DNA from: Camelus ferus
Taxonomy: Eukaryota
Reading direction: 5' to 3'
Assembly: GCF_009834535.1 (NCBI RefSeq)
Contig: NC_045707.1
Coordinates: forward strand, 47,246,001 to 47,310,000
Length of the DNA: 64,000 bases
Within the stretch, counting starts at the first letter, position 1. Every line of letters starts with the position of its first letter. Positions 47,965 to 59,832 of the stretch are shown here, piece by piece. Made by a program: the position numbers and the translations under genes. The notes beneath the pieces were generated by a model that searched no databases, was not told the DNA's origin, and saw nothing but the letters and a program-made list of their open reading frames with translations.

Positions 47965-48505
47965 CTGAAAAGTATCTTGGTTAGGAGCTCAGGCTTGTAG
48001 CAGATCTAGCTCCAATCCCCACTTTGCCACTTACTAGCTGAGTAACCACAGGACATTATTAATATACATCCTCTTTACGTGGTTCTTGGGAAGAGTAAGT
48101 GAGATGTGGTGTGTACAGCATTCAGTAAGGTGCCTGGCGCAAAGTAGACATGGCACCCATAATATTAGTCATAATTTCTAGAAGGACTCATTCGCATAGA
48201 ATGCTGCTATTGGATGCCCAGTGCAGTGTATTTCTAGAAAAAGAAGAGAAAGCTATTTGGTGAATGAAGTGAGACTGGGGAATAGAGGAGCACCAGATGA
48301 AACACAGGATTATGGAACTTTAGTTAGTGAAGCAGGTTTTGGTGCAAATTCCAAGCATGCTGCTTGGGTCCTTGGGGAAGTGACATCTCTGTGTCTCAGT
48401 TTCCCATGTATAACATAGGAATAATAATGTTTACCTCATGCGGTTATTATTAGAAATAGATCAATAAAACACAAAGCACAAGACCTGACATATAGTAGCT
48501 AATTC
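47965..48505 (+). mobile_element. Two MIR SINEs
   Basis: aatccccactttgccacttactagctgagtaacc; cttggggaagtgacatctctgtgtctcagtttcccatgtataa. Confidence 0.8.
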
Positions 48506-48939
48506 ATTAAAGCGCTTTGATGATTAATAATGGTCGATGGAACTCACTGCTCACATAATAGAGACAGTGTAGCTGAGTGGGAAAGAGTGGCCTCCACATT
48601 CCTGAAATTGCACCGTTAGTAATTATCCACTTTGCAAGGGCAGAGGCTGACCCTGCCCAAATCGCAATTCTGATGATTAAACAAAGGTCATTAGATCTGA
48701 CATGACAAGGGCCCCTTTCAAATGCATATAAGTTATTAATAATCTTGGACATGGATTGTGGATACCCCATGTTTCATTTTGCTTTGGATATCGAACCCTT
48801 CTTTTAAAAGCAGTATATATTAAATCCCATTTTAAAAGGTAAGTTTTTTTCTTTTTTTTACTCTTTCGAATTCGATCACTGAGGCCTTGGTAAAATCCTC
48901 ATTCTGGGGTTTGTTCGAAGTTCATGGGAACAGCATCAC

Positions 48940-49585
48940 AATGTACTATTCTTGCCAAAATTACTTAAGCGGAATTGAACCACAAGGAAGCAATCAGATT
49001 AACTCAGAATATGGCACATTCTACAAGACAACTGCCCCAGAGTCTTCAAAAAACTTGAAAAACAAAGCAAAACAAAAAAGGCAGGTCTGAAGGGAGGTAG
49101 AATTAGATTTTAAAAGACCAAATATATATGATAACTAAATGCAATGCATAAACCTTGAATAAATGTGGATAGCACCCCCCCCCAAATCCAACTGTAAAAC
49201 ACATTATGAGGCAACTGGGGAAATTTGATTATGGACTCTGTATTAGATAATATTATTGAATCAATGGTAAATTTCTTGGGTATGACAATAGTGACTGTGT
49301 AGGACAGTATCCTTGTTTTTATAGGAGATACAAGCTTAAATATTTAGGAGTGAAGTATCATCTCTGCAACTTTCAAATGGTTCAGTAAGAAAGTATATAA
49401 TTGTGTACATCTATATCCACGAGCATTTAGGCATATAAAGAGAAAGAAAGTATTCTTTTTGGAATATCATGAGCATGGAAAATGCTAAAAACTGGTTAAC
49501 CTATATGAAAGGTTTACAGGTGTTCATTAATCTATTCTTTCAACTTTTCTGTAGGTTTGAAAATTGTCAAAATAAAATGTTGAAG
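48940..49585 (+). mobile_element. L1MC/L1ME-like 3' UTR
   Basis: aactaaatgcaatgcataaaccttga...ggcaactggggaaatttgattatggact...tcttcaacttttctgtaggtttgaaaatt-type motifs. Confidence 0.8.
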
Positions 49586-50924
49586 GAAAAATTTCGTGGA
49601 AGAAAACGAGCTGGCCAATCTGCGTGTATTCTTACAGCGGATGTTCAGCAAGAAGTCTTCAATACAACCTCACAAAGACTCAGGGCTCCCATCAGAGATA
49701 AAAGGTAGGGAGGTATTTAAACCCTTGGCCAATTCTTATCTGGGAAATCCTCAATTATTTACAATCCTACCCCTGAAAACCTAAATTAGGGGATAGGTAT
49801 GGAGAGAGAGCTTTCTCAAAAAAAGGAAACAATGAAACAAACATATACCTGAGAGAGCAATCACTTAAAAAACACCCCAAGGACGTTAAAAATCCTTTTG
49901 ATTTTCACCAGGCATTTGGCCCGTTAAGCATCAGTGTAAACTTATTAGGAATCATGTCTGCCTAGGGGATGAAGAATCAGAATTTCAGGGTTAAAAAAAA
50001 TTCTTAAGGTTTCACCTGGAATTTCTGTGGAGAAATGAGTATACCCATGTTATATTAATTACATATTTCACGGAGAAGGAATTTCTTTTCAAGAATAACT
50101 TTATTAAGAACAAATGAGTTCTGGGGTCATTCTCCTTGCAGCTTAATTACCATGTTCTGAAGCAGTTTGAGATCTTAATGACTTGACTCCTTCGTATCCA
50201 CTGGTGTCAAATTTAAAACCAACCACACAAAATGTTGGGGGCAAAAAGTAGTCCAGTAAACAAACTTATTAATAGAAATGAAATCCCACAGGGAACACGG
50301 ACACACTCAAGTCAGTGGGATATTAAATTCCTGTGATAAGTTAACATGGATTAAGCAAAACTTTTTATAGTGCAAGTCCTTAGTATCAAATTTTGAAGCA
50401 CAGCAATATCTAATAATATAATTATTTATATTAACCATTTCTAATAGGTTGCAAATAATGCTAAAGGGATATCTTGAAGGAAAACATTGATTTATTCAAT
50501 AAATAATTACTGGATACCCATTCTATTCCTAATTTGGGAATAAAGCCAGGGCCATACCTTCCTGAAATTCACTCTCTACAGACGACGTAGACTTAAATCA
50601 CAATAGCAGGAAATGCTATGTAAGAGTAGTTTGTAGACGTGGCTTCACATTAATAATCACAGAAGAAAATTATCAAATATAGAATTATTTTTAATATACA
50701 TAAAGTTTTTGTGAATTTCTTCATTGTACAAAGGTTTTGTGGAGGCTTTAAATTAATTTTCTAAAATCACTTCTTAAATGCTGAAGGTTGAAACCTTTAT
50801 TTTCTTGCTTAGTTCCCCTATCCCAATATTCTCAGATAGGGTGATTGACAGGATTGGTATCCGTGTATGTGCTGATGGGCAGGAAAGATGCATGGGAATT
50901 TACTCAGAGTCCTCCACTCCATCA

Positions 50925-51190
50925 GCATGGTGGTGTAGTTCAGTAGTTAAAGGTGCCAATACTAGGGTTAGATTCTTGCCTTCAAGTCCAGGATTTGCCA
51001 CTTGGTAGCTGGGTTGTCTTGGATAAGTTACTTAACTTTCCTAAACCCAGTTTCCTCAGCTGAAAATGGGGATAGTAACAGTACTACATCCTTCCTTGCT
51101 TTTTTTTTTTCTTTCGGTATTCTAAATGAGATGATGCAGGTAAAGTACTTGGCAGAAAGTAAGTCCTCAATAAACTTTAGCTATTTTATG
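50925..51190 (+). mobile_element. MIR SINE
   Basis: ggataagttacttaactttcctaaacccagtttcctcagctgaaaatggggatagtaacagtac. Confidence 0.85.
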
Positions 51191-51652
51191 TTTACTTTAA
51201 TTATTAAGACTATTAGGTTGTCTGATCATTCATAACCTTTCCTAATCTTGGCGTGCTCACTGACTTTTTTTTCTGACTTCCCAAGTTGAATGCAAATAGG
51301 ATCCCTGATTTCACACTGAATGCATTCATCTTCTAATCTTGTATGTATAATAATCAAAGTGAGCTTTATTCTCATAGAGGTAAAAAATAAAATTTTAGCA
51401 GCAGTATGAAAACTGAAATTTGATATAGGAAAGAAGGTTTAAAGGTATCGGAGATTAATATATGAAAGTGCAGGTTGTTTAAAAGGCAAACATACAAAAT
51501 TGAGAACAGTCTTTTCCCTGGATGAACATCTGGGTTGACTGCATGTAGATTAGAATGCTCATGAGACCAGCTCTTTCTGAGTCCACTGGGGATTTTTCTA
51601 GTGACTCTAGGAAATTGACATATTTTTGCTTTTATATTTTTATGCTGGACAG

Positions 51653-52071
51653 TGTGACAGAGATGGCTAGTTGTCCCAGTATTCTTTTCTGCCTTCTTTT
51701 TTGTTAGAGAACCCTGGTTTTTAGTTGGATTTATGGCTAGTCAGACTATAGACTACATTTCCCAGGCTCCCTTGCAGCTCACTGAGGTCATATGACTAAG
51801 TTCCAGCCAAAGGACTGTGAAAAGATGTGTTCTTGGGAGGAGAGATGTGCTCTCCTTCCTTTCCCCATACTGTCAGCCAGGATGTGAACACTGTGGTAAG
51901 CGACGTGGACCATACAGCTGAGGGTAACACCCTAAGAAAAGTGGAAGAAATCTGGGTCTGTGACACTATGGAGCAGCCATATTATATGAGGGAGAGAAAT
52001 AAATTTGTATTTTGTTTAAGTATGGTTACTTGGTTTCCATTACTGCAGTCGTGTCTGTGTCATAAATAACA
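51653..52071 (+). mobile_element. MLT1H/J-like MaLR LTR
   Basis: gactacatttcccaggctcccttgcagc...catatgactaagttccagccaa...atgagggagagaaataaattt. Confidence 0.8.
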
Positions 52072-52258
52072 TGGGTAGGGATGAGTTGGTAGCAGACGTG
52101 TCTCCCTAGCTCTTCTCCCAGTCTTCTTCTTTGTGGCTTGAATCTTGGAGAAAAAAATGCTGGTGTGTGTGTGTGTGTGTGTGTTTTGTTTTACTCTGTG
52201 TGTAAGAATTCATTTACTCAACATATACAGTATTTATATTGAGAGTGCCAGGCATTTA

Positions 52259-52292
52259 ACCAGGTGTGTATATATATATATACACACCTGGT
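52259..52292. repeat. Perfect 34-bp palindrome centred on (TA)7
   Basis: accaggtgtg-(ta)7-cacacctggt equals its own reverse complement. Confidence 0.95.
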
Positions 52293-53599
52293 GTATATAT
52301 ATATATAGAATTGTAATTTCTATGCTTAATGAACATACACTCTAGAATTGGGAGAATCTATACAGTATGGGAAGTACTACAAGACTAAATGAACAAGATA
52401 ATGGGCATTAGAAAGTTTCAGAAAACCTGGGCCACTATTTTTACTCTAAACTTGTGAAAATTGAAAGACAGTCTCCAGAAGGACAAAGGATGGAAGTTGA
52501 CTTCATTTAGTTTTTCCATTTTAGACAGAACACCCTCAATTCTGTATCAGATTGTCCCTCTATGGTCTTTGGCTCTTTCTTGGCACCTGTCCCCTTCCCC
52601 ACTCCTGCAATGCCCCTGCTCCAGAGGCCTCCATTATCTCACAAACCTGGCCCTCCTCTGTCCCTTTGTGCCAGCCAGCCAGCCAGCATCATTGCCCCAG
52701 TTTCACAGACAGAGCAACTGAGTCACTTTTCTATTGTTACTGTACCAAAGTTAACCAGTGAGTCATGCTAAAGTCCTAGAACTGGATCCTAATTCTTGTT
52801 CCTGGCATCATTCACGGAGCTGAATTACACTGAAGGTTCAAGAGGATGTTGGCCTTTGAACAGCTTAGAGAGGAACGCATTTTGTGTGACTGAGTCAAAA
52901 ACAAGGATTAACTCTCTCTTGAAACTTGCAGGCCTGAAAAATAAAAAGGGGGAGAAATGTATCTGTGTAACATCATCATCATACCAAAAGGATTCTTAAC
53001 CACTCTCTAAATGTTCTACAAATTCTCTAGCTCATGGCTTCCTTAGTACTGGGTTTTTAAATAGAAAATATCTTATTTGCAGTTGAGGCAATCAATTTTC
53101 TTCATCTTAAGACAGTCACTTCTGTGAATTTAGATCTGAGAGGAAACTAAATTTATTTCCTTCTTTTCACAAGAAAATCTTTAAAGTATCCGGCAGAAAA
53201 GAAATGAGCTCGTTCATGTAATAAAATTAGTAACAAAAACCATTCCAAACACATGCTGTTCATATTTAGTAGGGAGATGCTTTTTGTGCAGCATTTTCTG
53301 CATAACTTAGAATTTCCTAAATTTTTTCCTTTTCTTGTGTTTTTCTTTGCATCACATGTCACCGTATTTATTCATCCTGTCACACCTCCCCACCCCCTAC
53401 CCAGCAAAACTGATGAGAGGCACAAGGTGTGTCTGCAGTAGTAACTCTGGATTTAAAAGTAGCTACAGTATCAGTCTGAAGGCAAGTTACAGCTTTTGTG
53501 TATTAAACTTGGTGATTTTATCCTTTGTTTCATAGCTATGGGAAAAGGGAATATTTTGGAAAGCAGAAACAGGATTTCTTACTGGGAATAAGGAACCCT

Positions 53600-53955
53600 T
53601 AAAGCTGTCTTTCTAAAAATTATCACTTGCGCCAACCCTTCAGACCCAACCCCAGACACCTTGAGCCAGGAGCCTAACAAGTAGGTCCTAGGAATCTGCA
53701 TTTTCACAAGCTTCCCAGATGGTTCTTATGTCCATTAAAATTTCCACAGTTCCTGCACTGAAGAGGTCCATGGCTGGCCTTTAGGGGCCCTGTGAAGCCA
53801 CTGATGTGTATACAAAGTGTGGTGTGTGTACATATGTGCATTTTTCTGAGGGAGATTCTTGGAGTCAGACACGCTACCATTGTGCCACGAGGTCCTATCT
53901 GAGGGAGATTATTAAAGGGATCTCTGAGTTTAGAAAAATCTTAAGGACCTAAATG
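53600..53955. mobile_element. MER5-like and adjacent hAT-Charlie MITE fragments
   Basis: ggaatctgcattttcacaagcttcccagatggttcttatg; agaggtccatggctggcctttaggggccctgtgaagcc. Confidence 0.6.
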
Positions 53956-53984
53956 GACAATAACTGTAAGAAAAATAAGGCCCA

Positions 53985-55075
53985 ATCTCACTTATTAGTG
54001 AACAAGAAAATGCAAGTTAAAACAACAAGATTATTGCTTTCCCCTACAAATTTTTGAAAAATATGACACTATGGTTGGCAAAGGTATCCAAATGTAGGAA
54101 TTCTTATACATTGCTGATAGTTACAGACATTTTGGGGAGGCATTTGATGACAGCTAGTAAAACTTAACATACGTTCTTTTTACAACCCAGCAAGTCCACT
54201 TTTAAGTAAATACAAACTCTTGAAAGTAATGAGCATGACATGTTTAAGGATATTGTATGGGATATTGTTTAAAATTGACAAAAATTGGGAACAACCTAAA
54301 TATCCACCAATAGGGGAATAGATAAGTAAAATGTATTATAATTAATGATAGATAACTATGATAAGGAATGGTCTAAGTCCATATGTTAATAATAATGAAA
54401 ATAATAATAGTAAATACATGGTCTTTACTGGCACTGTTTTAAGAGCTTTGTATATATTAACAAAAAAAAAGCTGAATCTCCATATTGCTGCAAATGGCAT
54501 TATTTCATTCTTTTTTATGGCTGAGTAGTATTCCATTGTGTGTATGTGTGTGTGTGTGTGTATATATATACCACATCTTCTTTAGCCAGTCATCTGTTGA
54601 TGGACATTTAGGTTGTTTCCATGTCTTGGCTATTGTAAATAGTGCTGCTATGAACATTGGGGTGCATGTGTTTTTACAAATTAGAATTTTCTCCAGATAT
54701 ATGCTCAGGAGTAGGATTACTTGGTCATATGGTAAGTCTATTTTTAGTTTTTTAAGGAACCTCCATACTGTCCTCCATAGTGACAACACTTCAATAAAAT
54801 TAAAAAAGAAAAAAGCTGAATCTCAAAACTTTATATTGAGTGAAAAAAATGCATAACAAATGGTACAATATTGTGATACTACTTATGTTTAAAAGTACAA
54901 AATAATGTTTATATGGCTTATCATACTATGTATGTAGTAAAAATATTAAAACATGGATTTCACAAATATACACAAAATTCTCTTTAATGGTAGTCTAGGG
55001 TGGCACTAGGGAGGACTTATAAGACTGGAGTCATTTTGGTCTACTTCAACTTTATCATATATATATATTATTTTC
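53985..55075 (+). mobile_element. Old L1ME-like ORF2 end/3' UTR hosting younger insertions
   Basis: aagaaaatgcaagttaaaacaac...aattgggaacaacctaaatatccaccaataggggaatagataagtaaaatgt...gaatctcaaaac...atattgagtgaaaaaa. Confidence 0.75.
54465..54824. mobile_element. 5'-inverted (twin-primed) young L1 insertion with 16-bp TSD
   Basis: TSD aaaaaagctgaatctc at 54465-54480 and 54809-54824; ORF2 C-terminus on the - strand (ORF 54505..54789), but the L1 terminus cttcaataaaa and A tail are on the + strand. Confidence 0.8.
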
Positions 55076-55127
55076 AAAAGACCTAAAATTAATGAACATT
55101 TACATGATACAAGACCAATTAGCAAGG

Positions 55128-55465
55128 TGTCATGGTTAATCTTATGTGTCAACTTGACTGGGCTAAGGGATACCCAAAGAGTTGGAAAAATGTTATTTCT
55201 GAGTGTGTCTGTGAGGGTGTTTCTAGAAAAGATTAGCATTTAAATCAGGAGACTGAGTGAGAATCACCTTCACCAATGTGAGTGGGCATCAACCAACCCA
55301 CTGAGGGCATGAGTGAAACAAAAAGGCAGAGGAAGGGCAAATTTGCTCTCTGGCTGAGCTGGGACATTCATCTTCTCCTGCCCTCGGACATTGGCATTCT
55401 GATTCTTGGGCTTTCAGACTCAGACTAGGACTTATACCATTGGCCTCCTGGTTTTCAGGTCTTCT
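55128..55465 (+). mobile_element. MLT2 (ERVL) LTR 5' part
   Basis: tgtcatggttaatcttatgtgtcaacttgactgggctaagggatacccaaag...ttatttctgagtgtgtctgtgagggtgtttctag. Confidence 0.92.
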
Positions 55466-56029
55466 CAGAATTCACAATATTCAGGGAGAAAAAGGGTTTG
55501 GTGTTACCAGGCATGTGCCTTATGCTTAAGATTGGGAAAATTGGGAAAAACCAAAATATGCAACTTTGATTTAATAAAAGCATGTCTTCCCCACCCCCGC
55601 CCCATTCCCTGCCACTCCTGTTCCCCCTGTACATAGAACAAAAAGAGAAGGAAAAAAAGGGTTAGGAAATAAAAAATAGTTATGGCACTCAGGGAATTCT
55701 CATTCCAACCAGATTTCAATTTTAGAGCCTCTTTACCTCACACTTCTCTGTCCTCTTTGCCCTCAGGATTAAGTGGCCTGACAAAGATCTCCACATTTGG
55801 TCCCAGCATCCTCCCGGTTCTGCCTACCCCCACCCACATGGGTTCCTCCCCTTTCATTTTTGGTCTTCTGCTTTTGCCCATGCTGCTTCCTTTGCTTGGA
55901 ATGGCTTCTCTCTGACTGCTTGCCTGGGAATGCCTAATCATCCTTCAAGAACCAGCTCAAAACTCACCTCCCCAGTTAAGGCTCCCCTGGAAGAGGAGTG
56001 GTACAGTTATTTTCCCCGTGTATGCTTAC

Positions 56030-56522
56030 CAGTGCTATCAGTGCCCGTTAGCCAAAGACCACCAGGAACATGCCAATAATGAAGCAAGATAGGCTTGTTA
56101 CTCACTGATGGAGGGAGAACGTACTCCTTGGAGAACCACAGGGTATCTCAGTAACAGAGTGTTAGATAGAACTTACAAGATCTGAGCTTTGGTTGGATGA
56201 TTTTCAGGGGGCATCTGAGAAATCGAGGATCTGCTGTAGATTGGAAACCACCAGAGAGCAAGGGCAATTCTATGATTGGGTGTTCCGTGGGTGGCACAGG
56301 GATCCAGTCTTTGTTTTTGCACAGATTAAGTGGCCATGTTTTGTTTCATCCTATCATGATGCAGAGTAAGCTTGTCTGAGGCTGGTGTTCTATGAAATTG
56401 TTTATGTCGAACAGAAGAGAGAAAAACTGCCTGGCTATGTGTGTCAGATGATCTTATAGTGCTATTAGGATCCAGCTGTGATTATTTCCAGATGTCAAGA
56501 ACTGCTTTCTTTCTTTCTCAGC
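56030..56522. mobile_element. Probable old ERV LTR, family not resolved
   Basis: LTR-like motifs (ttactcactgatggagggagaac...gtatctcagtaacagagtgttag...aagggcaattctatgattgg). Confidence 0.5.
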
Positions 56523-56593
56523 ACCTACAATGCGCCAGTCATTATACTTTGATATTGTACACTTGTCTTTTACATCACTCAGTATATTCTATT

Positions 56594-56750
56594 GTGTAGC
56601 AGACAGTGTGGTTGCCTCTCAAGATCCATTCTAACCCTTTTGCACAGTGGGGCAGCCATGGAATGTCAGTGAGACTGACTCCACCTCCAGCTTCAATGAT
56701 GGGCCCTAATTTGTCTAGAACCCCCCAGTGACTGATTCAGGAAAGGGTGT
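56594..56750 (+). mobile_element. Old MLT1 LTR 5' part
   Basis: tgtagcagacagtgtggttgcc...gactccacctccagc...cagtgactgattcagg. Confidence 0.55.
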
Positions 56751-57141
56751 TGTAGATGGGGTTCCATGGAAATAGACACTGAGATTTGCATGCAAGAGAT
56801 TTGGTGCGGAGATGCTCACAGAAATGATGTAATGGAGCAAGGAAAGCCTGATGGGGCAGAAGGAAATGTTGCAAAAAAAGCCTTGCCTGATCCCCCACAG
56901 GAACTTTGGAGCTGGGATGTCCCTTTGGAGATGTCTAAATTGAGGTAGGGCATTTGTACCAACCCAATGACCAGCCCTTCAAAGCAGTTTCTTCCCAAGA
57001 AGGGCAGGCAGCTCCTTTTGGTGAGGGCAATGCCTGGATTGGGGGAGCTCAGCTGTGAACCATGAGCAGCAACCTCTCCCAGCAGTCGTGGGATGGGAAT
57101 TTCAATCCTGAAAAGAAGATCTGGTTGGAGTAGCCACTACA
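56751..57141. mobile_element. ERVL LTR (LTR16/LTR33-like)
   Basis: gggttccatggaaatagacactgagatttgcatgcaagagattt...gatggggcagaaggaaatgttg...gctcagctgtgaaccatgagcagcaac. Confidence 0.6.
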
Positions 57142-57699
57142 ATGGACAAATTTAAACAGGTTATTTTCTTGTCTGCTGATAATTTCACCTTCTAGAGGAT
57201 AGGTTTTTGCTGCTAATTCTATCCAACAAGGAGCACTTGGTGGGTGAAATGAAGAGCCTTGGGAGGCAAGTTACTATTACTTATTTAAACACATTGCCTA
57301 AGGCTAAGCCAGCTGCGAGTACCATTCCTTAGGTACAGTGATTATTTCAGAGGAACTCAGGAATTTTTTTGACGGTTAAGGGAAGACAAGCTTGTTCTTC
57401 CACTAGACACTAGCAAGAAAGCATACAGTCCCAGTTGCTGATTGCACCATTGGGACAAAACCAGCACACGGAAGATGGAAGAACTGAGAGATGTGTAGAG
57501 AAATGAGGGTGGCAGCAGTGTGCGGGAACTAGCCTACCCCACACCAGAGAGTGTTGTGTACATCTCTTCCCAGTTCTGTGTTCAGCGACTTCATGTCTAC
57601 AGCTTGAAATAAACAGGCCATGGTGGGAGTGTTTACCACATGGAAATTGGCAAGCACTATGAATCAAAGCTTGTTCTCTGGGGAATTAGTTGTTACACA

Positions 57700-57830
57700 C
57701 ATTCCAGCACACCACTGAAGGAGCCCAAATCAAACCATACCTGAAGCCTGCCCTACCTCTGGACCTTTCAGTTACATGAGTCAACAGACTCTTGTATTAT
57801 ATAAGCTGTTTTGACTCCTGATTATCACAT
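57700..57830 (+). mobile_element. Old MLT1 LTR 3' part
   Basis: ccatacctgaagcctgccctacctctggacctttcagttacatgagtcaa. Confidence 0.7.
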
Positions 57831-58059
57831 ACAATTTATCTGCTTGCACATTTGTTCTCCTCAATATGCTGAAAGCTTCCTAAAAGTCAGGGAGAATACT
57901 TATCTTTGAATTGTCATGGCCTAGAACATACTCAGAACCCAATGTAGATTGAATAGATGAAGCCGGATGATGCTTGAACTGAAAAGGAGTGAGCAAGAAT
58001 TGGTAAAAGGAAAATAAAAGTATTTAAGATGAGTGAAAGTACAGGTGTTCAAATAGTCC

Positions 58060-58590
58060 ATTCTTCTGGTCTAAACAAATTACATTCCACAGTCAAAGGA
58101 ACCATGAGAAGCTGTAGATATGCGAGAGAAGGTGAAAGAAGATAGGCAGATGCTTACCTGATTTTTCAATGAGGAAAGTGAATTCTGTAATCTATACAGC
58201 TTCCTGATTCTCTCATGTCAGTTTCTGGAAGAGATAATTGAAATGTTGATTTGGATGATTCAAATGATTATTGAAGGAGAGGGAGCAATGTTCACCAATG
58301 TTCAGGACATGCTCATTAATAATGAAAGAAATGTAAAAATAGAGCAATCATGGGTTTGCCTGATGTGACATGGCCATAGAATTAAACTTAATAGGCATAG
58401 ATGAAAGACACTTGGATTTGGGTCCAATACACCCACGGCACACTTTCAGGATGTGACACAGCTTAGCAGCAACGTGTATGCCAAAGGCTGAGAGATTTCA
58501 TTTGACAGTAAAGCCAACGTGAGTCATCGATGTGATGTGACCACCAGGAAAGCTACTGCCATCCTAGATTGCATTTAATGAAGCTTAGTT
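58060..58590 (+). mobile_element. L3/CR1 ORF2 remnant
   Basis: gacagtaaagccaacgtgagtcatcgatgtgatgtgaccaccaggaaagctactgccatcctagattgcatt matches the CR1 RT C-terminal region (LNMSQQC...KANAILGCI). Confidence 0.7.
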
Positions 58591-59094
58591 TGGTCTTGCA
58601 ACTTGCTGATGGATGTACAAGATCCTGTTTGACACCATTTTGAGTAGTTTGTTCTTCCTCCCTCAAACCTGGCAGCCTTATTGAGTAACCAAGGTGTGTG
58701 ATGATTCAGCAGGGCTGGTACCTGCTGATGAATCACATTTGTGGTTGCGTGGAGAGTGAGGCCCACCCAGATTCAGGCGACCTGACTAACCGTTCATGTG
58801 CCATTACTGTGCTTTGAGGGATGTCACTACCTGGTGGAGCTGGTCTTCCCGCAGAGCCCTTCCCTTGCAGTGTTTTTGAGGAGATTCTCAATGCTGTTGC
58901 TGATCTATAGGCTCCTCTCCTCTCTGGCACCTGTGTTTCCATTTCACATCCGTGGGACACGAACACAGATGAGAAAAAGGAAACAGCACCTCTTGGCATT
59001 CGTATCTCCCCTGTCCCTCATTGCCTCTCCCTCCATGGGCACATGTGTGTGCGCGCACACACACACCCTTCTCTCAAGGAGACACGTGCACATG

Positions 59095-59350
59095 GTCTCT
59101 ACAGTCAGACAGCCACAGCCCTGATGTCCTGGCTTCCATTCTTGGCTCAGCTGCTCATTGGCTATGATCCTTGACAAGTTCCCTAAAACCCCTAAGCCTC
59201 AGTTTCCTCATCTGTAAAGAGGGCAAAATGGTGGCTTCCACAGTGAGGATGAAGGCGAGTGAGACATGGAAAGCATGTAGCCCAGGGCCTGGTACAGGGG
59301 AGTCTCCACATGTGCCGTTATGCTTGTAGAAAACCTTGCTTTTTTATTAT
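59095..59350 (+). mobile_element. MIR SINE
   Basis: ggctatgatccttgacaagttccctaaaacccctaagcctcagtttcctcatctgtaaa. Confidence 0.85.
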
Positions 59351-59644
59351 AGTTCTGTTTTTATTGCTATTATTATCATTCACCACCGCCTTCCTTTATT
59401 TCCTTTTTTTCTGGTTCATGTATTTAAATGGGAAGACACTGCATCTGTATTTTATCTAGCCTTTCCCTGAAACCTAGCTTTTCCTTCTATGAAGAATTCA
59501 GGCAATAAACTGCGGTGGTATTAGCACTGTGATTCTGTCGCCATAGAAATCTTTTCATATCATCTGATAGTTGATGCAGGCACCTCAAAACACTGTATTC
59601 TCCTATCTCTCTTCGAAACGAAAGAAGTCATTTGACCCTTCATC

Positions 59645-59832
59645 AGATCTTGTTATTTAAAACATTGATGGAGGAGTACAAATAACACTATATCACAGTA
59701 TTTAAAACTTTGATAATTCTAACAGTGCAATTATTTTCCCTTATAATTTTACAAATCTAAAATTTATTCTGAGAAGAGGTCTATAATCTTTACCAGCCTG
59801 CCAGAGGGGGCCATGACACATAACCCCTGCCC
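59645..59832. mobile_element. hAT-Charlie MITE fragment
   Basis: ttattctgagaagaggtctata...gccagagggggccatgacaca...acccctg. Confidence 0.55.
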
